Positions 20,934-48,054 of a DNA stretch of 64,000 nucleotides are shown here, piece by piece (position 1 is the first letter of the stretch; every line of letters starts with the position of its first letter). The DNA lies in assembly GCF_009914755.1 (NCBI RefSeq), contig NC_060925.1. The stretch is one strand, 5' to 3'. The notes under the pieces were generated by a model. It did not search any database and was not told the DNA's origin. It worked only from the letters and a program-made list of their open reading frames with translations. This stretch comes from the human T2T-CHM13v2.0 reference genome, Homo sapiens. Made by a program: the position numbers and the translations under genes.

Positions 20934-21661
20934 TAAAATCAGAATAAAAATTCTTTACAAAAAAATTCATCTAAACTATCTTTTTATATACCGATATGAT
21001 TATCTTAACCAGTTCTCTTTACTACTTTGTGGACTTACATTACAGTCTAGTATCCCTTTATTTCGGCCTGCAGAACTCTCTCTGGTATTTCTTATGGGGT
21101 AGGTCTCCTGACAAAGAACTCACTCGGTTTATCTGGGAATATCTTAATTCCCCCTTCATTTTTGATGAATAGTTTTGCTGAATATAAAATTCTTTATTGA
21201 CAATCTTTTCCTTTCAATACTTTAAACATATCCTACTGCCTGCTGGCAGTAATGATTTCTGACGAGAAGTCATCAGAAATATTAACATTAATCTTAATGA
21301 GGATCCCTGGTACTTGCTGAGCAACTTTTTGATTGCCATTTCCAAGATTCTCTTCCCGCCTTTCAAGAGTTTCAATATGATGAGTTTAGGTGTACATCTT
21401 ATCTACTTGGGGTTTATTGAGCTTTTTGGATGTGTGGATTGATGTTTTCCATCCAATTTGCAAAAATACTGGCCATCATTTCTACAAATATTTTCTACCT
21501 CTTTCTCTCTCCTCATCTTTTGGAAATCTACAAATGTTGGCATGCTTGATGGTGTCTCCAGGTTTGTGAAGTTCATTTTTTCTTTTATTCTTTTTTCTTT
21601 GTATTCTTTACAATGGATAATCACAACTGACCTATCTCCAAGTTTACTGATTCTTTCTTTT

Positions 21662-27687
<6,026 letters not shown>

Positions 27688-29329
27688 CTGATTCTTTCTT
27701 TTGACAGGTCAAATTTTCTCATGAACCTCTCTAATGAATTTTTCATGTTTAGTTATGATACTTTCAACAACAGAATTATTTGTTTTTATTTCTTTTTGTT
27801 AATATTCTCTATTTGATAAAGTATATTTGTCATATTTTCCTTTAACTCTTTGTGGTTTAATTACCTTTTTTGAATATATTTGTAATAACTAATTACAAAT
27901 ATATAAGCCCTATAGCTAGGATAATTTCTACTAAGAATTTTTCTTGTTTGTGTATACCTTTTTTTACTGAAAAGCAGACACTTTGGAAAATACTATGTGG
28001 CAACTGTGGACTCGGTTCTTCCTCCTGGTTTTCTTCCAGCTCAGCTTTTTGCTATTGGTGGTGTTGCTGTTTGTGGTTTAATGACTTCCCTGGGACTAAA
28101 TCTGTTCAGCCTGTAATTCCTACTGCATGGAGCCACTGACATCTTTAATGAGTTTTTTATTTATTTTTGTTTTTATTTTTAAGTCCAGCTGAGTAGGAGT
28201 TGTTCCTGGGTCAGCAACACTTAGCAGTAACAAGATTTCCTTAATGCTTTGCACGATTTGTGTGTATGTTGTGGAATGCTTTCAGAGCTTAAATCTGCCT
28301 TAGCCTTCACTTCCTGCTTACACAGAGCTCATGGTCAACCAGAGGTGAAGACTGGGGCTCTCTGCAGTTTTTCCTGGATATGCACACTACACCTGGCACA
28401 TGTGCATAGCATTCTACAGCTAGGTACACGTCAGAGCTTCTTGACCCCCACCTTTGGCTGTTTTGTTGTCCAGATCTTTGTTTTCAATTTTTAGCTGTGC
28501 CTTGATTGCCCAACTGGTACTAGAGTCTGACACAGCTGTGATACTGCATCTGATTATTTTCAACAATACTGTGGGTATCGACAGGTATTTTCCCATGGAG
28601 ATTTTGAGTTGGGTCAAATAGTAACAATATTCTAATATTTCACAATTCAAAAACATTTTAATACATAATTTCTCAAGTTATTTCATAAGATGAGAATAAT
28701 TTGGTATTATAAAAATAACATAGTACCATATAATAATATACTAACGTATTCTCATGTTAATACAAAAGGGGTGTAATATGTGAAAGGCATATAAGTAAAG
28801 GTTAAATTATGTCCTTGTGTACTGTACAAAAGTTTTACAGTAGCTAAAAATTGCGTACTGCACGAAGGTTTTTACAGTGAGTTATCAAATGACAGATGTT
28901 TCTATAGATGTGACAACTTCAAAAGAAACTGTATTGGAGTACTCATAACCAGTTTGGTATGTTGAGTGGTGACTTATTTTCAGCAAAATTATACCAGTTA
29001 ATCCGATTATTGTTATTATTATGCCATCATATTGTTATTTTGAATTTTGATTTTATATATTGCATTTATTAATAATTAGAATTTGTTCTGAGTTATAGTT
29101 ACTTAGGAGACAGGGGCATATGAAGATGGTCTACACCTTTACATTTTTATATATATTGTAATAACATTATGATGTTAAGTTATAAGTTTAGGTTACTTGG
29201 GGGGGGGGGTCCGCAATAATTTTCTTTCCTTTATAAAGGAGGGTATGTCTTTATATTTCTGAAGCATTGCCATAATTGAAAAAGTATGCTTAATAATGAG
29301 GAATTAGGGTACAGTCAATTACTGTTTTT

Positions 29330-29990
29330 CCTTTTTCCCTTTTAGCTTTGAAAAAAATATCCAGTCTGCAAAGAAGCTGAAAGAACAGCACAATGAATAA
29401 CCTTGTACCACTTGTTCTAGACTCACCAACTGTAAATGTTTCACCATATTTGCTTTACCCACACCCCAAACACACACCGCCTCTTGTCTCTCTCTCTCTC
29501 TGCCCCCTGTACCGCTGAACCACTTTAAGTTTCAAACATCAGGATATTTGACTTTTAAAAACTTCAGCCTCTACCTTCTACAAACAAAACCTTTCCTATG
29601 TACACAATATCATTATATCACACTCAAGAAAATTAATATTGATATAATATACAATGCATCCTATATTCAGATATCTCCCAACTGTTTAAAAAAGGGCCTG
29701 AATATTTATTAAGTTTTTACTAGTGGGTCACTCATTGTATTTAGTTGCCATGTCTCTGGCCTATTATATAAAACAATTCATAATATTGTTATATTTGAAG
29801 CATTCAGGACAGCTGTTTTGCACATTGTTCCACACATCTGAATTTGTCTAAATGTTTTCTTATTATGTTCAAATTAAATGTTTTTGGCACAAATACTATA
29901 AAGGTGATGGTCCTTTCTATCACATCAAAAGAAGAGGCACATGTTTGTTCCAATGGTGATGCCAAATTTGATTACTTAAATGACCTTCTG
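29330..29990 (-). mobile_element. Old L1MC/L1ME 3' end fragment
   Basis: Degenerate reverse 3'UTR motif (agactcaccaactgtaaatgtttcaccatatttgc). Confidence 0.55.
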
Positions 29991-30497
29991 GCCTTTTCAG
30001 TATAAAGGGAATCTGTCTCTCTTATTTCAGTTGTTAAGCCAAATGATGCTATCTCCACAGCCATTAAGAAGAAAACAAACACATCTTATTTTTTATGCAG
30101 CTAAATGTCAAATGTCGGTAACAAAAACCATACAAATACTTTAAGCCAACAAGATGAATTAATACTTGACTCTTCATAGAAAATCAATGCTAAATGACAA
30201 GGTGATATCAAAAATATCACCATTTATAGAAATAAAATTGTCTATATTAACATTTCCTCAGTGGTGGTAGGAGCCTGAGGACAGATTAAAGTACATTTTT
30301 AAGGCTAATTTTTAATTGTGAGGAACAGTGAAAAGAGAACTTTAATCTTTCTTAATATTTCCCTTTAAACATGCTTTCTAATTAAAACAGATTTTAGTTT
30401 ATCTCAGTTTTAGTTGATATCTCAAAGTTTTTGTTGGTGTGAAAAACAAAATAATGTGGTGGCAGTAATTCAAAACCTGTACTTTATAAAATTAGAA

Positions 30498-30655
30498 TAG
30501 TGCTGTCCAGTACAGTAGTCACTAGCCACATGTGGTTATTTAAGTTATATAAAATTAAACTAAAACTTACTTTCTCAGTAGAACCAGCTACATTTCAAGT
30601 GCTCAACAGCCAAATGTAGCTAGAACTAATACTGCAGTTCTATTTGACAGTTTTG
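30498..30655. mobile_element. MER3/MER33-like hAT-Charlie MITE
   Basis: gtgctgtcca, actagccacatgtgg and catttcaagtgctcaa motifs. Confidence 0.7.
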
Positions 30656-31028
30656 ATAGAAAATAACTAAACCAATGAATAATCTACAAATATGTATGGT
30701 GTAGTAAGTAGAAATTCCATTTCTATTAAAGGGAGGAAAGTAACCGAAATAGAAGAATAAACTCTAAGTACTTAAGATGGTTATGTTCACATTCACTAAT
30801 TATGTGAGTTAATCTTCCCTTTCTTACTTTTTTCTCATTAATGTACTCCATAAACCAGAGAGTATGCTTATCATACCATCTTAACAATCAAATCAATCTT
30901 TCTAGACAATGTGAGATTCAAATTGTCCAATTACTCAAAATGTGAGCTTCAAAATAGTAACTGTTTTATGGCTAGAGAGAATTTAGAAATATAACACACA
31001 TAGACATTTATTATAATGCACTTATATA

Positions 31029-32254
31029 CAGTCACATGCCAGATAATGACATTTCATGATGATATATGATGGCAGTGCCATAAGATTATAATAGAGCTGA
31101 CAAGTTCCTATCACCTAGAGACTTTGTGCCTATTAGTAACTTTGTACACATTATTCTAAGTTTTTGGTCATTCTGGTGTACACAAACCTACTGCATTGAC
31201 AATAAAATAAAAGTATAGCACATACAATTACATACTGTATACAATATATGATAAACAACTGTGTTACTGGCTTATGTATTTACTGTACTTTTTAATCATT
31301 ATTTTAGAGTGTACTCCTTCTATTAATTAAAAAAAAAACTGTAATACAACCTCAGGAAGCTGGGCACAGTGGTGTGCGCTTGTATCCCAGCAACTTGGGA
31401 GGTTGAGGCAGGAGGACTGCTTGAGCCCAAGAGTTTGAAGCTGCAGTGTGTTAACACTGTGCCTATGAATAGCCACTGTACTTCAGCCTAAGCCATAGGT
31501 TGGAGAACAGTGGTGCAATAATGGCTCACTGCAGCCTCGACTTCCTGGGCTCAGGTGAATTTCCCACCTCAGCCTTCCAGGCAGCTGGGACTACAGGTGT
31601 GCACCACCATGCTCCACTAAGTTTTTGTGGAGCTGGGGGTTCCACCATGTGACTTGGCTGATCTTGAACTCCTGAGCTCAAGTGATCCACTCACCTTGAC
31701 CTCCCAAAGTGCTGGGATTATAGATGTAAGCCACCGCACCCAGCCAAGCTAAGTGTTATTACAAAAGAGTCAAAAAGCTTAAGTTTTAAAGTTAATGAAG
31801 TAAAAAAATTACATTAAGCTAAGGTTAATTTATTACTAAACAAAGAACTATTAACAAATAAATTTAGTATAGCCTAAGTATACAGTAATGACCTAGGTCT
31901 TCATATTCACTCACCACTCATTAACTCACCACAAACAACTTCCAATTCTGCAAGCACCATTCATGGTAAGTGCTCTATAAAGGTGTACCATTTTTTTTTT
32001 AACCTTATATTGTATTCTTACTGTAGCTTTTCTACATTTAGATACACGAATACTTACCATTGTGCTATAATTGGCTACGGCTTTCAGTACAGTAGCAAGC
32101 TATACAGGTTTGTAGCCTAGGAGTATTAGGCTATACTATATAGCTTAGGTATGCAGTAGGTTTGTGTAAGTATACTCTGTGATGTTTCCACAATGACAAA
32201 ATCTAATGACACATTTCTCAGAATGCATCCCCATCCTTGAGCAACACGTGATTG
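31029..32254. mobile_element. Tigger3-type element interrupted by a FLAM/Alu monomer (+, ~31359-31492) and an AluJ (-, ~31495-31746)
   Basis: TA-flanked start cagtcacatgcc and end catttctcagaatgcatcccc...acgtgattg, with Alu sequence inside. Confidence 0.75.
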
Positions 32255-32259
32255 CATTA

Positions 32260-32578
32260 TGTAGTCCCTAGGTATCCTCGGGGGAACTGGTTTCAAATCC
32301 CCATGCCCTCCATACCAAAATCCACGGATGTTCATGTTTCTTTTACAAAGTGACCATAGTATATGCTTATAACTTCCACACCTCCTCCCATATACTTTAA
32401 ATCATCTACAGATTACTTATAACACCTAATACAACATAAATGTTGTATGTAAATAATTGTTATACTGTATTTCCAAAATTTATCTTATTTTTTATTGTCA
32501 TATTAATACTTTTCTAAATGTTTTTGATCCAAGGTTGGCTAAATCAGCAGATGCCCAAGGGTACAGAGGGCTGAGTAT
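32260..32578. mobile_element. MER2-type Tigger MITE
   Basis: ataccaaaatccacggatg, ctttaaatcatct...gattacttataa...cctaataca and cagagggctga motifs. Confidence 0.75.
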
Positions 32579-34149
32579 GTAACTCATCCCAAAAATATAT
32601 GATTATAGTAAGAAAAGAAAATACGGTTCAGAAATTTACTTAGCTAGGGGGAAAAACACAAGATGATGATGGGTTCTAAAATAAGAGATAACTGGAATAT
32701 AATCTTGTAATTTAAAATTTTCCATTTGCTCTTTGTAGTATCTTATTTGGTCTTAATGAATCATTATAAAGAATATAAAGGATTTAAGTTTCATTTAATG
32801 AGCAAACCTACTTGGTTCTCCTTCCTGCTATAGTTTTTCTCCTTGTATAATTTCTCATTTCTGTTACATTAGACTATCATAAATAAATTATTTCATTATA
32901 ATTCTCTTTGGACTGAAATAGTTTACAAAGACTACAAATGTATTTCAACTCACCATATAATATGTGAAAAGTCAAAATTAGACACAGAATTTTAACTGAA
33001 GTATGAGAAAATGTTTCATATATTATTTATACAAAAGGACCTTTTATAGCTGGTATACTTATAACCTCACTATTATTAACATAGTGTTTTACTTTGAAAG
33101 CAGTGCTTGCAGAAAAAATTAAAATTCCAGACTTATTTAAATACGTGCACATGTAAAACTATCAAGGTTATTCTAGGAAAGTACCTGTGGCTTTTTTAGT
33201 TAAGACACTGCCAAAAGTATGTATGTTTTACAGCTGTATGAAAGATTACTCAGCCCGATTTTATAATCATTGATTAAGAGTTCATTCCAATAAGTGCTCT
33301 TTTAATTTTGGGGTGGGAACACTGATTAATTATATGAAGCTATTTCTCCATTCCTTCAAAATATACAAAGTATTTGTATTTTATCTTCATGTTTTTGGTG
33401 GAGAATAAAGGGTGCACAATGAACTTTCATTTGCAGAAAGCATGCAGAATTTGATTTGAGGTGAAAATAGAGAACAGAAGAAAACAGAAAGTAAGAGAAT
33501 ACATCTGACTACTGAGATCAAGTGGGAAGCTGCGCTTACATTTGAAAGGCTGCTTTACAGACTTCTGCTCCTGGACCCCACCCAACCAATTCCTACACAA
33601 TCATCAGTGTGTCAAGCACTGTCTACTCTCATCAATGCAAGTTCAGAGAAAGTGATTCTGGGTGCTAAATTAGCTACTTAATCATTTATTATTTCAACAG
33701 CACAAGTTATGCTGCCTAGTTGCAACCTTTATCTCTATTAAATGGAAGTCATTCATTTATTTGAAAACTATTCTAATTATCTGTTAGAAGTCATTACCCT
33801 CAAAACAGGTGGTTACATTCTGTAATTACGATTTCTTTAAGGCTATATGGACATTTAAAAAATAAAACTATCTGCTAAAGACTGAGTTTCATAATAAAAT
33901 ACATGTTTTTTTAAAAATTAAAATCTAAGGGTCCTAAATGAAACTTCACCTTACTTATCACTCTCTGAATTTAAGAAGCTTACAACCTGAAATCAAAACT
34001 CTATGTTGGCTTTGTATTCCGAAAACTTTTGCAAAAAAATTAGGCAAAAACCAATGTGTGTGTATGTATACATACATATATATGTACACTATACATATAT
34101 ACACACTATATTAGTACTAATATATGTCTGTTAGTACTAATATTTTAAA

Positions 34150-35845
34150 TACATGTATTTATTGAAAATCTATTATGCGCAGTTGTAAGGGACATTGTGG
34201 GGGATACAATAATGAACAAGAAAAGTCCCTGCTTTTCTGTGTGCTTACATTCAAGTATTAAAGTCAGACAAAAACAATTATGTAATAAATAAAATATAGA
34301 TCAAGTGATAACAATGAGACAGAGAGGAAAGGTAATGACTGGGTGAGTCTCCTTGACAGAGGGTTTTCAATAGGCTTCTTTGAGGAGATGATGTTTAAGA
34401 TGAGACTGAAGAGTGTGCACTGGCTGTGGTAAGAGCCAGGGGAAGAATGTCTAAAGCAGAGAAGCAGCACAGTGAGAGCAGCATGAAATAATGTAGGATG
34501 AATCTAGAGAAGTTTGAAAGAGATCAAAGCAGGAACGCAGGATAAATTTATCTGAAAGAATATTATCCCTGCTGCTGTCTGTAGAACAAACTGAAGGGAA
34601 ACAAGTAGAGAAGAGCTGAGTATTCAGGCAAGAGGTTACTCCAGTGGTAAAGGTAATGTAACCAAATGCAGGTCCGAATCGTTGCAGTTTGCAGAGTCCA
34701 ATTAACAACGACAAGGTCTGGTAGAAAGACAGACACTTTATTAACCAAAAGTAAAGGGAAGGGGTCAGATTCCTATCCAAAATAACCACTTCAATTTTTG
34801 AGGGGAAGGCAGGGATTTAAAAAGGGAAAACTTGATAAGGAAGACATACAATAATTGAGCTGAGTACAATGTGTGCCTCAAGGTTATATCTTGATAACCA
34901 AGGAGGAAAAAAAAGTTTTAAAATGAATTTTGAAGTTAAGCTGCCTGGTTACAGTAATGGCTTGAACTAGAGATAACTCAATTCCTGCCTAAGCTGGATA
35001 TGACTGCAGGGAAAGCAACAAAGAGAAGAGAAGGATGGAAGAAATAGAGGAGTGGTCAATTATATTAAATAGTAATGAAAAAGAACAGACTAGATCAATT
35101 AATTTAGTAATATGGAGGTAATTTGGTGATGATGACAAGAACACTTTTAAGTGGAATTATGGTGGCAGAAGCCTTGGTGAAGTGGGCTACAATGTGAATG
35201 GTAGAAAAGGAGCCAGAAAAAGGAAAATTCTTCTGTAATATGATTTTTTTAAAAAGAGGATGACATTTAGTAAGTAGAACACACATGCTTCAATTTAACG
35301 TGAAGAATGAGATACATGGCTTGGACCACTGCATCAACAGGAAAATTAACAAAAAAGAAGATAAAGTAATGGGTTTGCAAAAGAAAAATTGAGTTCTGGA
35401 TGTTAAGTTTGAGGTGGCAATGAATACTGAGGTAGGAATTTCCAGTAAGTAGAATAGAAATGTCTGGAGTTTTTTTTAGCTAAGAGTGGAATTGAGATAA
35501 CTATTCAGGAGTCTGCTATTTAAACACAATAACTAAATGGATAAAATAACCCATGGGGAATTTAGAGAGTGACAAGAGAACAGAGTATCAAAGAATACCA
35601 ACATTTCAAAGAAAAGACAACTGAGAACTATAGATGGGAGAGGTGAAAAAAAACCAGAGGGTGTTGTTTTAGAATCCAAGCGAGGAAAGTTTTTCCAGAA
35701 GTGAGTGGTCAACAGTGTTGACTACTACTGAGAGATCAAATGAAATAAGGGCTTGAATTTAGTGACATGAGGCTGCTACTGATCTTAGTGAGAAGAATTT
35801 CTATGTAAGGGTAGGAGCAGAAACCAGACTTCAGAGGAATGAGAA
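34150..35845 (-). mobile_element. L2 fragments
   Basis: Reverse L2 3' motif (tatttattga...gggatacaataatgaacaaga..agtccctgc) and purine-rich L2 body. Confidence 0.7.
34657..34953. mobile_element. ERV1-type solo LTR, internally deleted, inside the L2
   Basis: Inverted ends tgtaacca...tggttaca and a 4-bp TSD gtaa (34653-34656, 34954-34957). Family not identified. Confidence 0.7.
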
Positions 35846-36814
35846 GCTGGAGTTAAGGAGGAGCTCTTTCTTCTCCTTCTCTGTCTCTCTCTCTTTCCCT
35901 CCCTCTCTGAGTTAGGGGAAACTGCACATTTAAAATGCAGACGGAACAGAGATGCCAGGTACATGTAATTCTATTTCCATTCAAAAACTATTTTGTATGG
36001 AATTTGTAATACACTTTTATTGTGTTTACATGTCCATTTTTATGAATGACTCTTTTTTTTAAAAAAAAAATTACAGGTAAGTATCAATCCAGGTGATAAA
36101 ACAAAGGTAAATAAACAAAAAAATTTATCTACTTAAATCAGCATTCATTGTTTCATTGTTTTATCTGAAATAAACAGAGAAAGAAACTGCCAGTCTAGGA
36201 ACACATTAGGTAAATGTTTAAGGGGTGTATCAATTCCTAACATCTTAAGTGTTGAAGCTAATCAAAAGTATGCACTAACTCTTTATTTCTGTAAATATTA
36301 CAGAATAATTTCTAGTACAACAAATAATTTTCCTGTAGGATTACTGTAAAAAACAAAAAACAGAACCAGAGACATTTCCACCATTGATAAGGCAATCATC
36401 AATACGTTAAAATGATCAGGTGAAATAGATAAAGGAATATCTTATTAAATGTTCAATGAATATTTCACTACCTTTAGTAAAGAAAGCATAAAATGACTAT
36501 TATTAATGAGGCAACGTTTTAAAATACAGATTGGGACACAATCAGTCTAGACTGTGTGCCAAAAAGCAATAAGACATAAAGGAAGACTCATATGTAATAC
36601 GGCCAATCAGACATCAAACTCAATTTCAAAAATCCTGAATTTCTTTAGGCTTCTCAGATGCTTGAGAGTTTATAAAAGTCCTCAATGCCCTAGCTTTTGG
36701 ATACTGCGACAGGACTGGGGTGGGAAGAAAAGTCGGGAAAATCCCTGCTAGGTTTTTCTTAGGCGGGAAATAAATTTTGACCATTTAAACATACACAGGT
36801 CCACTGGTTACTAA

Positions 36815-40455
<3,641 letters not shown>

Positions 40456-42559
40456 GGAATCAGTTTCTATGAAATAAAATATGTGCTAATTACTAGGCAT
40501 ATTTATGGTTGTGTTTTCTATTTTTTAGGTAACATTTAGAGGCAATGCCTTCCAAATTTTATTGGTTTTTAGAAATATAAAATCCAGCATGCCCACACCA
40601 GAAGTAAAAGCATTAAAAAACACACTCAAAAAGTAGTACAGAATTATTTCCTCTAAATGGCCTAGTTTGCTAAGATTGTACAAACTCAGCAGGTGCCAAA
40701 TTATCTAAAGATACTACATATTTATTTTGAGAGAATTAATTTGCTTCAATCCTCATTGATTTGCTTTACATTAATCTCTTTTTTGTACACTTCTGCTTTA
40801 AGGATTAAATGCAAATAATGGTAAGTAATGAATGACTAATAAATACGGGACATAATTTTTTAATCATTAAAAATACATTAAAATAACTTTAAAAAACCAT
40901 GTAGGCATGTAAATATTGCAAATAAATAAATTGATTTATCTCAAAAATCTGGGAAATGGTTGTCTACATTAACAATGATAGGAAAGAACTGAAAAGGCCT
41001 AGCTGGGACCCTTTAACACTACTACTGCTGCTTTCTTTGAATATCCTCAGAGACAAATTCATTATGGGAAGCTGTCAAAATCATTTAGAACCAAGTCTGA
41101 TATATTGGGATCAGAATGAATGCTTGACTTTATTGAAAAAGAGAAGCATAAAAAATCATTTTAAGTAAATAATCTATGTCTGATTGAAAACAACGTGGAT
41201 TTCTCTAGCTGACAGATTCCATCTTCTATATACATACTTGTTAACTTTCGTGTTCACATCTTTATTATCTTTTAATTTTTGCTTTTCTATCATAGAAAGA
41301 TCTATAAAATCTCCTAAGATACTGAAATTTGAATTATCTTAGCATTTTCATTTTAATTAATGTATTTTGAGGCAATGTTATTACATACACAAAGCTCAGA
41401 AGACATATGTTTTCATTCTAATTTATTCCTTTGATAACTATATTGGGACTTGTAAAGTCTTTTATATGTATGAAAAAGGTGAAAGAACAAAATAACAAAA
41501 TAAAAGTACAAAGAGAAACAAACTTATTGTAACAAGCACAAATATAAGATCTAAGCAAGACAGACAGGGAAGCTTACAATTAGCATGATGCCTCACTTCC
41601 CTGGTAGGATCCACAGTGCCCTTGCAACAGGAAGTCAAACTATAATTGGTGGGTAGCTCATATACTAATTTTCTACCTCTCAAAACTCCAAAAGCAATGT
41701 TTAAGAAAAGTACAGCCCATTCCTAATGTCAGATTCATCATCACAAATGATATTTATTAATAAGCAACTTCATGAGTATGATTCTGTATCGCTCTCAGTG
41801 GTAAACTAAACAATATAGCTAAAGAAACAGTGTTATTTCATAAAGAGAAACATTTAGATGACAGGCTACATTTTAAAAAATGTTTCAATTCTAAATGAAG
41901 ATGACTGAATATCGGTCAGTTTTCTAGTTGTAAAGTTTTTCTTGTATTAAAGGAATGTTTCAGTCAGTGAAAGGTACAATGAAAGGCAATGAATTAAGCA
42001 CTATTGGCCTCACTGATGCCTTGCTGATACTATCCCCTGCTTCAGACCGAGGAAAATTAGCTCATACCTAACCTCAATGTGCCCTCAGCATCCATTTCCA
42101 CCATCTTAAAGTGTTTACAACCTATGCAAGATACAAGGTTAAAACTACATTGCTCAGATGCCCTTGCATTTATGCTTCTAGACATGAATTAGATTCCATC
42201 AATCAGATGCACTTATTTAAGATTTGAAAGGTGAACATTTTATGGTCGTTCTCCTTGTGCTTTGAATGTTTCTGTTACAAGCACCATTGTAGAGATGTGG
42301 GGGTTTTCTGTTGTAGTGTTCCAGTGTCTAGTTTCTAGCTTTGTGGGAGTTGTAGTGAAGGATTCCTGATTCCGTGATTACAGTAATGGCATCATGTTCT
42401 TGATTTCAATAGTGCCACTAGCTGAGAAATAACAGCTCTCCTGGCCTATCTGATGATGAGCTAAGAGTCATTACAGGAAGCCAAGCCTACAGAATCATTC
42501 TACAGACCTTCCAACAATAAGAACTACAACAGCCTTTCCACACACACTATTATACGGTG

Positions 42560-45560
<3,001 letters not shown>

Positions 45561-46201
45561 ATAAATGATGGCCAGTATGTTTATAAAACAGAACATACAC
45601 TCAAACTCAATAAACTAAGAGTATATATTTTAATTGAATACATAATATTAATAATAAAAATAACAACTATAAGAACTTTACACAAAGAATCTTTTTTCCA
45701 TAATCCTCATAACAGCCCCAAACAGCTCTACCTCTATGTTACAGATAAAAAACTTGGGAGAAAGTTAAAGAACTTGCTCAAGGTCACATTTCTAATTTGT
45801 GACAAAGTAAGTATTTAAACAAGACAGAAGTAGGATCAAATGAAAACAGCATGTAATCATTAAAAATAAATTCTATATGCTAAAAAAAAGAGAATTTTAC
45901 CCACATCTACTTGTTAGTCCATGTCCTCCTTAAACTGAACTATGAAATTATGTCAGTAGCCCAGTGACACAGTGAGTTGAATAAAAGGAAAAAGTATAGT
46001 GACATGGTTTAAATTATGCATTTCCTTTTTTTAAAAGTTGCTACTGTCTCCATCATATGGTGCTAACTTGTATTTTTTTTTGTAAAACCCTGATATTATT
46101 AATAAAAAATAAGACTTCACCATTCAGAAGCCAAATTACAAGTATTTACTATTTTAGTAAATATTCAAGGGGGAAAATATGAAAGATAAAAAAATTAAGG
46201 G

Positions 46202-46339
46202 TAGGGTGACCATATGATTTATCTTCCTTCCAACTCATGACACTTTTGTGAATGAAAGAGGGCACTAATAATAAATACAATGGTACAAACGGTGTGAACT
46301 AGGACTGTCCCAGGCAAACACCGACATATGGTCACCCTA
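46202..46339. mobile_element. MER96-like hAT MITE
   Basis: Perfect 15-bp terminal inverted repeats tagggtgaccatatg / catatggtcacccta. Confidence 0.75.
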
Positions 46340-46870
46340 GTTAAGAAAAATAATTTACCAAATGATTATTTGGTATGATAATAATAGCAAACATTTTTTG
46401 AATACTATGTTAGCATGAACTCCATGATACAAGACTATGTCTTATTCACTGTCCCTAGATGAGTGCTTTGTGCATAGTAGGGACTCAATAAATAATTGTT
46501 GAAAGAATAGTTTGCCTTAAAAAAAGTGTTCCTGTGCCTATACAATATAGCTTAATAATAGCTTAATTGTTTAAATGTTATTATGACCTTATGTTTGTGA
46601 ATAAGTAATAAGCATTAATTCATGCATATAAACACTAAGAAAAATGACAAAAATTAACAAATTCATATCTACGTATTAAAGATAAGTGACAGAATAGTGC
46701 AATTAAGGTACAGCACTAAATGAGTAATGATGGCATACTGTATACTTCTAATTTAGAGCCTAATAATAAAAACAACATTTAAACCTACAAAAGAGTTATT
46801 TGTTTTAAAATGCTCTCCTATCCTTACCATGATATTTAACCAACATCAAAGGAAGACAAATCTGCTTTCA

Positions 46871-47041
<171 letters not shown>

Positions 47042-47148
47042 TTAGTAAATGCTTCTGTAACTTGGGAAAGTTGGCTTATTGCTCCAGAAATCTTTTTGTG
47101 CCACTCTAAAACATTTGGTTTACTAGGACTAAAAGTGTTAAAGCTGAA

Positions 47149-47511
47149 TGTATTTGTCTGTTCTCGCACTGCTAATAAAAAGATACCTGAAACTGGGTAA
47201 TTTATTAAAAAAAAAAAAAGAGGTTTAATTGACTCACAGTTCCACACGGCTGAGGAGGACTCACAACAATGGCAGAAGGTGAATGAGGAGCAAAGTCATG
47301 TCTTACCTGGGGGCAGGCAAGAGAGCGTGTGCAGGGGAACTCCCATTTATAAAACCATCAGATCTCATGAGACTTATTCATTACCACGAGAACAGTATGG
47401 GGGAAACCACCTGCTATGATTCAATTATCTCCACCTGGCCCCATCCTTGACACATGGGGATTATCATAATTCAAGGTGAGATCTGGGTGGGGACACAGCC
47501 AAACCATATCA
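47149..47511 (-). mobile_element. THE1 solo LTR (sense to COP1)
   Basis: Reverse tgatatggtttggctgtgtcccc...aataca with 5-bp TSD ctgaa (47144-47148, 47512-47516). Confidence 0.92.
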
Positions 47512-47588
47512 CTGAATGACTGAATAACAGAATAACATTAAAACCAAGAGAGCTTAGTTTCAATGTCAAAAATCAATATAGATAAAAA

Positions 47589-47998
47589 GGTCGGGCACAG
47601 TGGCTCATGACTGTAATCACAGCACTTTGGGAGGCTGAGGCAGCAGATCACTTGAGCTCAGGAGTTAAGAGACTAGCGTGGGCAACATGGTGAAACCCTG
47701 CCTCTACTAAAAATACAAAAGTTAGCTGGGCATGGTGGTGCAGGCCTGTAGTCCTGGCTACTCAGGAAGCTGAGGTGGAATAATCACTTGAGTCCAGGAG
47801 GCAGAGGTTGCAGTGAGCTGAGATCATGCCACCAAAAAAAAAAAATGAAATGAAATGAAATAAAAAAAGAAAAATCAATAAAAAGGAAAAATCAATATAG
47901 ATAAACGATAAATTTATACTCAGATGTAACACAGACCCACAACTAAGACATAAAAGACAGGAACAAAAAAAGCAATCTGGAGCTAGGTGGTATATTTG

Positions 47999-48054
<56 letters not shown>

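Noticed and set aside
32600-34050. Repeat-poor intronic stretch as a hidden exon or snoRNA/scaRNA host site
   Set aside because: I found no convincing acceptor-ORF-donor unit or box motifs by eye. Conservation tracks and an Rfam search would be needed.
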